NCBI GenBank assembly: GCA_026391835.1
Contig: JAPLDF010000042.1
Span: 552-64,551 of the forward strand
Length of the DNA stretch: 64,000 nucleotides
Direction of reading: 5' to 3'
DNA from: Bacteroidota bacterium
GTDB taxonomy: Bacteria; Bacteroidota; Bacteroidia; Bacteroidales; FEN-979
Both the position numbers and the translations under genes were made by a program. Shown one piece after another: positions 1-12,000 of this stretch (the stretch's first letter is position 1; every line of letters begins with the position of its first letter). The notes under the pieces are model-generated. The model saw only the letters and a list, made by a program, of their open reading frames with translations, was not told the origin of the DNA and made no database searches.

Positions 1-3000
1 CCTGAAGTAGTCCAGAGGATCGACGTATAATTGTAAGCCATGGCTCCTGACACGGTATAGGCTGAACCTTTGCATACAGTGGCATCAAGCCCGGCATTCG
101 CTGTCGGACCAGGCATCACAGTGAGGATCATGTGATCTGTAGCGGCACCGCAAGGTGCGTTGCCCGTTGCAGTCAATGTAAGTGTTACATCGCCCGTGAA
201 TCCGGCTGCCGGGGTAAAAGTCGGCAACATGGTACCTGCATTCGCAAGGACTCCTGCCCCGGATGGGGTGAAGGTCCATAGTACTGTCGGAGCATTCTGT
301 TTGCTGGCACCGGTTATCGCATAGGCAATTCCTTCACAGATGCTGGCATCGGGTCCGGCATTGGCAACCGGGGCTGCTACAATGGTAAGCACCATGGTCC
401 GGGTAGTCCCGGCGCAAGGTGAATGCCCGGTAAGATTCAATGTCAGGGTAACGGTTCCTGCAAGTACATCAGCAGTTCCCGGCGTATAGATCGGGTTAAG
501 TATCCCGGGATTGCTGAAGGTGCCTGTTCCTGAAGTAGTCCAGTTAATTGCAGTATAGTTCAATGCAGTCACTCCGCCGAAGGGGTAGTCTGAGCCTTCG
601 CAGATCGAAGCAGGGGTTAAGGAACTTGCAACTACCGAAGACCAGATCGTCAATACCATATTGCTGGTAACATCCGGGCATGGTGTATTGGCGATTGATT
701 TCAGCGTCAGTGTGACACTGCCGTTGGCAATGTCGGTTGCGGTTGGCGTATAGGTCGGGTGGAGCGAAGTTGCATCAGGTGTGAACGTTCCGCCGGTGGG
801 TGAAGTCCACAACAAACTTGCATAATTGGTTGCAGTTGATTCACTTAATGTATATTCCGAAACATCACAAATCGAGGCATTCTGGCCGGCAAAGGCTGTC
901 GGGGACTTGACAATCGTCAACGTCATGGCACTTGAGTCACCAGGACATGGAATTCCGCAGCAACTTGAGCATTTAACATAGAGGACAACTGATCCATGGG
1001 TTATGTCTGATGCACCTGGCGTATATATAGGATGCAGCGCAGTCGGATCGCTGAAATAACCCGATCCGTTTGTTCCCCACATCATCGATCCGCAGTTGAG
1101 TGCGCTTGAACCATTTAAGGTGTAAGTCGAGCCCTGGCATATAGTGCCGGCGGCACCTGCTTCAACATCACATGGAGGATAGATTGTTACATCGGACATA
1201 TCCTTGATTGTATCACATACACCGTTGTATATGCCCCAGGAGAAGGTATAAGTTCCGGCACTGAGGTTTGTTACCAGGGTTGTCGGACTGGATGGTGATG
1301 CAATTATCGGGGTTGTGCCGCCTGCCGGTATTGAAACCAGCTGCCAATAACCGTTTCCATAGATCGGAATGTTTCCGGTAAGGGTTGCGGAAACTGTCGT
1401 GGCTGACAAACACAATTTCTGATCATTTCCTGCAAAAGGAGATGACGGGCTATGATAATTCGTCACAGTTATATCAGCGTGATCCGTACAGGTAATGGAA
1501 CCAAAGGTGGTAGTGATGGTATACCTGAAAACATATGGGGTGGTGCTGGTGGTAAGCCCGGCAACAGAGGCCATCGGTGAATTTGAAGGTCCCATGGTAA
1601 CTGCAGGTGATCCGGCAGGTTTTGAAACAAGTGTCCAGTTGCCCGTGCTGCCGGCAGGAGGCCAGTTCCCGGTAAGGAAGGTCATATATTGATTACAGAG
1701 TAGCTGGTTGACGCCCGGATCGGCAGTGACGGCCTGGACGATATTATAGAATATGGTGTCGTTGGTACAGCATGGTACCGGGGCGGCATTGTCGCATATC
1801 CCTATGATGACACGGTCGGTTCCTGTATATCCGGAAGTTGGTGTGTAAACAAAGGTACTTCCGCTCAGCCAGCTGATGGTTCCATGTGCCGGGTTTGAAA
1901 CCGGAGTCTGGTTCACATGAAGCGGCAACCCTTCAGGTGAATAATCACCATTGAGCAGCACATCAACAGGGAAGTTGGTGGAATTTTTACAAACATAGAC
2001 ATTCCTTTCACTATAGGTAACCGGGCAACATGCCCCGACTTCACATTTTGCGGGTGCCGAAACAAGCGGATCACAGGGTGAACCATTTTGGGTGATCACA
2101 CAATGGTACCATGTCGAGCCAAGGACATTCATCGTTGGTGTAGTATAGCTTGTATTGCTGGCACCTGTAATATCGGAATAAGATCCTGCATTGCCTGTTG
2201 AACTCTGCTGCCACTGGTATGAAAGGGTTCCTGTACCACCACTTGCTGAAACGATCATCGTATGCGTGGTTCCGCGGCAAATTGCTGCCCCTGCAGGTTG
2301 TGTGCTGATGATGGCACTTTGTTTGAATTCAAGGATAACCTGGTCAGATACATCGCTGCACGTCCCGAGTCCCTTGCCTGTCAATGTAAGCGTTACAAAG
2401 CCGGTCTGTCCGGCAGCAGGTGTGTAGGTCGGGCTCAGCGTGGTGGCATTTGTCAGCGTGCCGGGGCCCGGAGCTGTCCACAGGATGGAGGCAACATTGG
2501 TTGCTGTGGCACCAGTGATGGTGAAGGGTTTGCTTTCGCAGGTCACACCACCTGATGGTGCACCAATACCTGCATCAATGATTGGTCGCGGCGTAATGGT
2601 CAAAACCATAACATCAAAAGCACCGGAACAGGGTGAATTTCCGGTTACGGTCATGGTCAGGTTTACAGGTCCGCTTTCAGCCGGAGCAGGCGCATAGGTC
2701 GGGGTCAGCGTAGTTGCATTGGTCAAAGTACCCAGGCCATTGTGTGTCCATAAAATGGAAGTGTAATTATAGGCAATCGCTCCTGAAATGGTATGGGAGG
2801 TCGTCTGGCATGTTTCACCGTCAGGACCTGCGTTGACGATCGGACCTGGAACGATGGTCAGAACCATCTGATCGCTGGCGTTGCCACAGGGAGTATTCCC
2901 GGTTGCTGTAATTGTCAGGGTAACCGGTCCTGTTTCGTTCAAGCCAAAGGTGTAGGTCGGGGTCAACCCTGTTGCATTTGTCAGGTGGCCGGTTCCGTTG

Positions 3001-6000
3001 TGTGTCCAAAGCAGGGCACTGTAATTGGAAGCTGTGGCTCCGCTGACTGTATAAGATCCTGACACTGAACACATATTGCCATCAACGCCTGCGTTTACGA
3101 CAGGAGACGGGAGGATAGTGAGACGCATTGTACTGGCTGCTGCTGCGCATGGGCTTGTGCCTGTCGCTGTAAGCGTCAGGTCGGCGTGACCAAGTGCAAT
3201 ATCCGAAATACCCGGGGTATAGATTGGGTTCAGGCTTTGATTGTTGTTAAAGTACCCGTCTCCGGAGGTGGTCCAGAGGAGTGTTGTATAGTTGGTAGCT
3301 GTTGCAGAGATAAGCAGGTAAGTTGAAGTCTGGCAGATGGTGGCATTTCCGCCAGACACAGCCGTGGCGGCCGGTACGATGGTGATGACCATTGCATCGG
3401 TGGCCGGTGAACACAACGATCCGCCTGCAGGAGTTGCAGTCAGCGTAAGTGTCACACTCGATTCACCAACTCCGAATGTATAGGTTGGGGAAATCGTATT
3501 GGCATTTGTGAGAACACCGGATCCCAATCCCTTTGACCAGGAGAGTGTAGTGGCATAAGTGGCTGTTGCACCTGTAACAGTATAAGATAAGGCAGAAGCA
3601 CACCTGCTTACATCCGGACCGGCATTTGCAACCGGCTGGCGCTGGATGGCGAGTGTCATGGATGCGCTGGTGTTTGCACACGGGCTGTTGGCAGTGACAT
3701 TCAGTGTGAGTGTCACCGTGCCGGCAGCAATATCGGCCGGGCTGGGGGTGTAAACCGGGTGCAGGTTACCTGCATTGTTGAAAGCACCGGTTCCGCTGGT
3801 CGACCAGAGGAGGCTGGCGTAATTGGTTGCCGAAGAACCGCTCAGTGTATAGTTTACGGCTGTTTCACACATGGTGGCATCTGTTCCTGCAGAGGCTGTG
3901 GCAGCGGGAACAATGGTGATAACCATGGCATCAATTGCTGCGCTGCACTGGGATCCTCCCGCCGGGCTGGCAGTAAGGGTAAGCGTGACACTCGTTTCAC
4001 CCGCTCCGAATGTATAGGTTGGGGAAATTGTACTGGCATTTGTGAGAATACCGGATCCCAATCCCTTAGACCAGGACAATGTGGAGGCATAGGTCGAGGT
4101 TGCACCCGTTACCGTGTACGAGAGTGCCGAAGCGCACCGCGTAACATCGGGACCTGCATTTGCAACAGGCTGGTGCTGGATGGTGAGTATCATGGAGGCA
4201 CTTGTGTTTGCACACGGGCTGTTGGCTGTGACATTCAAGGTGAGTGTCACCGTACCTGCAGCAATATCCGCAGGGCTTGGGGTGTAGACCGGGTGTAAGG
4301 TCGCCGCATTGTTGAATGCACCTGTTCCGCTCGTCGACCAGAGAATACTTGCATAATTGGTCGCTGATGATCCACTCAGGGTATAGCTTGCCGTGGTTTC
4401 GCAAATAGTGGCATTCGAACCGGCCGCGGCTGTCGGCGGGTTAATTACTGTTATGGTAGCACAACCGGAGATCATACTGTTGCATCCGACGCCGGTCTGG
4501 CTGATCAGTACCTGGTAATAGGTTGTTGTGGTCATCGAAGCGGCCGTATATGAACTTGTGGTTGCACCGCCAATGTTGTTGAAAGTGCTTCCGCAACCGG
4601 ATGTATTTGATTGCCACTGGTAACTGAATGCTCCTGTTCCGCCAGTAACGGTCACGCTCATGGTATGGCTTGAGCCGCTGCAGAGGGTTGTTCCCAAAGG
4701 TTGAACTGAAATACCCGGATCATCCACGACAATCACCTGTGCACAAGTGGTATAGAGCGTGGCACAAGCCGGATTTGTCACGGAGATCACGCACCTGTAG
4801 TACCTGGTACCAGAGGGCAGCGTGGTTGTTGTATAGGAGGCATTTGTAGCTCCTGTGATGTCGAAATAACCAAAGGCGCAATCAAGGGTGGAAACCTGCC
4901 ACTGGTAAGCCAGCGTGGCACTTCCGCCATCAATAGTGACGTTCATGGTATGTGTGCCGCCTGCGCACAATGTTGTTCCGGCAGGCTGGGCGGTGATCCG
5001 CGGAACACTTACGGTTACGCAACGCGACGTCAGCGGACCGCAACCGAGGCCGGTCTGGGTGACAAGTACCCTGTAAATCGTGGTCTGTGTCAGGTTTAAG
5101 GTAGTATAGTTCAGGTCAGTAGCACCCAAAATACTGGACCAGTTGGTGCCATTGCAGGGGCCTGTGCCTGTTTGCCATTGATATCCGTAGGAACCGATTC
5201 CGCCAGTTACCGTAACGGACATGGTGGTTGCCGTTCCGCTGCAGATGGTAATATCAGAGGGTTCTATTGTTATTACAGGATCAGGGATCACAGTAATCAT
5301 TACATTGTTGGAGATCGCCTGGCAGGTAACCGGGTCGCCACCGATGGTTGAGGTTGCTACACGATGATACCATGTGTTGGCGATGAGTGCGGCAACAGCC
5401 GTATAATTTGCCCCGGTTGCACCGCTGATGTTGGAGAATGTTGTACCATTTGGACTTGACTGCCATTGGTAGGTAATTGTTCCATCGCCTGCACCTGCAG
5501 AAACGCTGGTCAAAGTTGCAGGAATTCCACCTGTACAGATCGTCTGATCGCCAGCTATGGAACCAGGGGTTACATTGTTGACTAAAACTCTCAGGATATT
5601 CGAGGTTGCCGAACATATAACAGGGTCGCCTCCGATGGTCGAAGTGGTAATCCGCTGGTACCATGTATCTGCAGTCAAAACACCCGGATCAAAGGTTACA
5701 TTTGTTGCACCTGAAATACTGGTAAACGATCCTGCAAGGCCGGTCGGGCTATCCTGCCACTGGTAGGTAAGGACTCCTTCACCCGAGGGTGCCGGTGAGT
5801 TGGTAAAGGCAGCCGGGTCGCCGCCGCTGCAGATCGTTTGAGCTGCGGCAATGGTTCCGCCTGTAACTGTGTTAACATTGATCTTGACGACACTTGTGAA
5901 ACCATCACAGTTCACACTGTTCAGGAATGACCTTGTCCTTCTGCGGAACCAGGTATCCACAGAAATCGGACCAGGCGCATAAGCTGCATTGGTTGCACCT

Positions 6001-9000
6001 GCAATAGTCCCAAATCCTGACCCAGGACCTGTGATGCTTGACTCCCACTGGAACGTGATGGTACCGTCGCCTGTCCCTGTAATATCATTTGTAAAGGGCG
6101 CTGGAGTTTGTGTGGCACAGATTGTTTGCGCCGCAGAGATCGCCCCGGGATCCAGGTTGTTTACCGTTACCCTGAGAATGTTGGTGATTTCGGAACATGG
6201 CTTGGTATTCAGGGTAGATGTCGTAATCCGCTGGTACCACGTATCGGCGGTAAGTGCAAGCGCTGTATAGGTAGCATTTGTCGCACCGGTGATGCTTGTA
6301 AAAGAACCGAGGGATCCGGTCAGGCTTGACTGCCACTGGTAACTCAGGGCACCGTCGCTGACAGGGACCGTCAGATTTGTAAACTGTGTGGCGTTTGATC
6401 CGCTGCAGATCGTCTGGCTGCTTTGGATAACACCGGGCGTGAGATTGTTCACCCAGATATGGAGCGTATTGGTAGTGGCTGTACATGGAACCCCGGTGAG
6501 TGTGGAGGTTGCCACACGCCTGTACCATGCATCTGCAATGAGGGGCACTTCATCGTAGGTGGAATTGGTCGCACCCGCAATGATGCTAAAGCCGGAGGTT
6601 CCCGGTGATGTAACGCTTTTTTCCCACTGGTAGGTAATGATGCCGTCGCCGGTAGCATCAACGCTGGTGAATGCAAGAGGATCATCATTCACGCAAATCG
6701 TCTGATCTGTGGCAATACTGCCCGGCGTAAGGTTGTTGACCGTGACCAGGGCAGTTGTGGAAGTGGTTGCATCGCAACCATTTCCGGTAGCGGAAATGAT
6801 CACACGATAATAGGTATCTGCGATAATTGCGCCGGTATTGTATGAAGCACTGTTGGTTCCTACAGTGGTCCAACCGTTTATGCCGTCAATACTTTTCTGC
6901 CACTGATAGACAAGCACTGGTGTCCCGCCGCTGGCAACAACACTCATGGTAAAATTGCCTCCAGAGCAAATGATGTTGCCTACTGGCTGGGTGCTGATGA
7001 TCGGATCGGCAACCACGGTAACCGTTGCTACCGAAGTGATGAGGTCTGAACAGGTTGGATTAGAAACAGTGATCACACACTTATAATAGTTTGTTGTTGA
7101 CAGTGCGGCTGTGGTATAGGTCGGGCTGTTTGCCCCGGTTCCTCCAACCACATTGGCATAAATTCCGCCAAATGTGGTACACTCCTGCCACTGGTAAGTA
7201 TAAGTCGCAGTGCCACCATCAGATGTTACTGTTGTAGAAAGGGTTGCCGTACCCCCGTTGCAGATGGATGCACTGGTTGGATTTGTAACAATATGAGGAA
7301 TATACACAGTAACACAACCTGACGTCAGTGAGTTGCAGGCAACGCCGTCCTGGCTTATGAGCACGTGGTACGAAGTCGTTGCCTGGACTGAAGTTGCAGT
7401 ATAGGAACTTTGAGTTGCCCCAAAAATATTGGACCATGTTGGTGATGCACACGTCCCTGTACTATTTTGCCATTGATAGGAAAGAGTCCCGGTCCCGCCG
7501 TCAACAACGACCGACATGGTATGGCTTCCGTTGTAGCAAATGGTCGCGCCAACCGGTGGTGTTGTAATTGTCGGATCGCCGGCAACCGTGACCTTTATGC
7601 AACGTGAAACAACCGGTCCGCAACCGACGCCGGTCTGGCTCACAATACACTGGTAATAATAGGTATTCGGTGTGTTCAGTTGTCCTGTCGAATAGCTGTT
7701 GGTGGTAGCTCCCAAGATGTTGCTCCAGGTACCGGTGCAGTCACCGTTGCTTTGCTGCCACTGGTAACTGAATGCACCCAGTCCGCCTGTTACGGTGACA
7801 CTGAGGGATGCCGTGCCACCCTGGCACATGCTCACATCACTTGACTGAAGTGTAAAGGCCGGATCGGCAAGAACCTGCACCAGAGCCGAATTGGTAATCA
7901 TGTCGGCGCAATATGGTGACGTAACAGAAATGACACACTTGTAGTAGTGATTTCCTGTTGTAAGCGCATCGGTAATATAAGTTGTTGAATTTCCACCTGT
8001 TCCGGTTGTGACATCTGCCCATGGGCCTCCTGCGGCTGATGCTTCCTGCCACTGATAACTAAGTGTGGCACCTCCCGCATCGGCCGAAATGGTCATCGAA
8101 TGGGTTCCGCCTTCACATAAGGTGGTTCCAGTCGGATGGGTCAGAATCCTGGGAACTGTAAGTGTTATGCAATCAGATGTCAGTGAATTGCAACCGTTTC
8201 CTGTCTGACTTACAAGCACGTGATATGAGGTCGTCAAACCCGGGGAGGCAGAATAGGTGCTTGCATTGGCACCCGAGATCGGAACCCAGAATGGAGCTGC
8301 ACAGGTTCCGGCACTCCGCTCCCACTGGTAACTGAACGTACCGGTCCCTCCGGTTACACTTACTGAGAGAACCGTCGGAACACCAAGGCATGAAACACCG
8401 CCAACAGGCTGTACCGAAATACCGGGATCCGGATTTACAATAACATGGGCTGCCGGGGTGACAACAGAACCGCATTCCACGGTACAATGATACCAGATAT
8501 CTGATGTCAGCGCAGGTGTTGTGTAGCTTGCATTTGTGGCACCTGTAATCGCATGCCAGTCGTAAGGCGAATCAGTTGTGGAATAATCCCATTGATAGGT
8601 ATAAACCCCTGATCCTCCTGATGCTGATACGCTTACAGTCGCTGTACCGCCATTGCAGATGGTAACATCGTTCGGGCCGGCGACGACAACATCAGAATAC
8701 TTGGTAATTTGCATGATATCGGTTTTGTCGCAGGTAGGATCACCGGTTGAAACGGTCCATTTGAAAATATATGTACCGATGGCCCCCAGGTTGGTGACAA
8801 GGGTATTGGATTGATTTGGATTTGCAATGATTGCCACAGCAGGTGTTATCCCTACCTGGCTCCATGTCCCGGTGCCGGTAATTGGCGTTGTTGCATGCAT
8901 GGTTGCAGAAACCTGGGTGTTGCAAAGGATCTGGTTCGGCCCTGCGATGGCATTGGAGGGGATCGAACTGATCGTGACTTCGGTAATGTCTTCACTCGAC

Positions 9001-12000
9001 GGACATGCCGGGTTCACTGTGATGGTCCATTTGAATTGATAAATTCCGACAACCATATTGGTGACATTGGTCACCGGTGAGGTCGGGTTGAGAATGAATG
9101 CGGTGGATGGTCCCCCCGGCAACTGTGTCCACAACCCCGTTTCACCTGCTGCCAGTGCATTACCGGTAAGCGTTACGGGCTGGAACAAGCATATCGTGGC
9201 ATCACCGCCCGCATTGGCGGTGGAGGGTGTTGCATAAATGGTGATCTGCATATCATCAAAAGCGCTGCAGGTTCCCAGCTGGGAAGTCCATCTGAAGGTA
9301 TAAACACCGGGAATAAGCCCGGTTACGGTTGTATTGTAGAGAGAAGGATCGGTTATCACGGCAAGGTTGGGCGTAGTACCGATCTGTGACCAGGTACCTG
9401 TACCAAACGAGAGTTGATTTCCTGCAAGCGTCGCCGAATTTGCTGAATTGCACCATAGCTGGTCGTCTCCTGCAAGCGGGGCGGTAGGTTCCTCATGCGT
9501 TGTTAACGTAACCACAGATGTGCACGAATCGCAAACACCGTTTTTCACGGTCCACCTGAAAACAGAAGATGTTTCAAGGGCCAGGCCGGTGACCTGCGTG
9601 GTATTCAGGTTTGGAGATACAATGGTGGCAGGCGGTCCGCTTACCTGTGTCCATGTACCAACGCCGTGTGCCGCTAGAGTCGCAGCCATATTGGTCATCG
9701 TACCGCAAATATCCTGCGCAGGGCCTGCATCGCATGGCGTTGTTACCCCATAATTTTCAATCCGTACTTCATCAGCATTGCTGCAGCCTCCGTCGGCGAC
9801 TGTCCATCTGAAAATATAAAGCTGGCCACCAACAGCGCCGTTGAATACGGCATTGTAAGCGTGATTGTCCGGTGAAAAGCTTCCGCCTCCGCCAGTTGGG
9901 TAAAGTTTCGTCCATGTACCAGTCCCGATCAGCGGTTGTGTGGCAGCCAAGATGAGACTTGACAGGTTGCATACAAACTGGTCAGGCCCTGCCTGTGCGG
10001 GCGAAGGCTGCCCGGAAATGATCACCTGCATGCTGTCAACTGAATTGGGGCATAGCCCGCCGCCAATGGTGTAGAGAAATGTATAGGTACCTGTGAGCAA
10101 CCCTGAAACAGTTGCTGAATTCGGCGACGTTGTCAAAATGGTTGCATTGTACGGGGGAAGCGGATTCAGTTTCGATTGCGACCAGACACCATTGCTGCCG
10201 ATGTTCCCGACAAGGTTGGTCTGGGTTACCGCACATAAAAGCTGGTCAGCTCCTGCATTGGCCGATTCACCTACATTGATGGTTACCAGGTCTTCGCTGA
10301 TGGGGCAATAGGGTCCTCCGGCAGTGGTCCATTTAAAAATATAGGTTCCACTGATCAGGTTGCTTACGGTGGCAGCCGGATCGGTGATACTCGAGAATGT
10401 CGGCGTATTGGGGCCGCTCACCATCGACCAGAAAGCTGTGCCAACTGCTGCCGGTGTTGCAGCCATCAGGACAGATAATGGGTTGGGGCCGCAAATCAGC
10501 TGATCGGGACCGGCATAGGCTGGTGTTGATGGAACTGAAATATAAAACTTGACCGAATCCACGGAAGTTCCGCAAGCACCGCTGCTGATAATCCAGTTGA
10601 ACTGGTATACGCCATTGGTAAGATTTGTTACCAGTGAATTATATAAAGCTGTATCAACGATCACAGCACCACCCGGGCCGACGGTTTGAATCCATCTGCC
10701 GGTTTCTCCTGCCGCCGGTGCATTGCCGGCGAGGTTCAGCGTTGTACCGCAAATAGTCCTGTCGGCTCCTGCATTGGAAGGAGTCACATGGTTGGCGATG
10801 GTGATCATCACAGTATCCCTGGTAGATCCGCAACCTGGATAGGATATCTGCCATTCGAACGTATAGGTGCCATTCGCCAGCCCGCTTGCCTGCGTGAGAT
10901 AAGCCGTCGGATCCGCAAAAGTAACAGTACCGGGTCCGGTAAGTTTTGTCCAGAGCCCGTTGTACGGATTCGGATCATTCCCGTGAAGCGTGACAACCGA
11001 AGTTCCCAGTGCATTGCACTGATCAGGCCCGGCATTGGCTATCAGCGGGTCTACCCCGCCGGTCGTGGTTAGCAGGCAGATATCTGCCGATGAGCTGCAG
11101 GCATTGCTGATCGTCCATGTAAATGTGTATACCTGGCCGGCTGCAAGATTTGACAAAACAGCATTTGGCGCATGACTGTCGGGTAAAAAGGTAGGGCCTG
11201 CGGGAGATACCGTCCACGTTCCAACTTCATTCAATGCAGGAACATTTCCAAGCATCCTGTACGGGAAATAGTTGCAGATGGTTGAATCCGGACCTGCTGC
11301 AGCAGTACTGGGCGCTCCATTGGCTACAATGATACGGGTATCCGACTGGAACGTCGGACACGTCGGACCACCAGACACCAGCCATCGCAAACGGTATGGC
11401 CTGCCCGGGATGAGTCCTGAAATGGGAGAACTGGGATTATGAATATCTCCGAACACAGGGACACTGGGTCCGCTCACAAAAGTCCATGTACCTGTTCCAT
11501 GGCTGATGAAGTTCCCGGCCATTGAAGTGGAGGTAATATTACAGCCAAGGATTTGCGGGGTGCCGGAATTGGCATGGGTGGGTGAATGGGAAGTGGTAAC
11601 TGAAACTTCCTGGGTTACGGTGGTACAGGCATTGCCCGACCCCGGAACAACCCTGAAGCGGATGACATAGGTGCCATCACCGCTCAGGTGATAGATCAGC
11701 TGAGGTGAGGTGGTGGCGGCAAACCACCCTGTGGGGATGGTGGGGTAGTACCAGTTGGTCGGCCCGCTTACGATGCTCCACTCGAGGCTGCCGCCCCCGG
11801 TAAGTGAATAGGTGATCGTGGCAATGGAATCATCACAAGGTAAAACCGGCGTCGCATCAAGCGATATGGTTGGGTTTACATTGTAGGTAACGGAGGTCGA
11901 AGCTGATGAACTGCATCCCGTGAGGCTGTTGACGATCGTATAGCTGAATGTATAGCTGCCGGTAGGATTTGTAATCGTAACACCTGTGATAGGGTTTGTA

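Noticed and set aside
3759-4298. A 179-aa plus-strand ORF, with many other 60-170-aa ORFs on both strands across 85-12735.
   Set aside because: These are shadow ORFs antisense to, or out of frame with, the giant repeat-rich CDS. Their translations are Cys/Gly/Arg-rich and low-complexity, with no recognisable domains.
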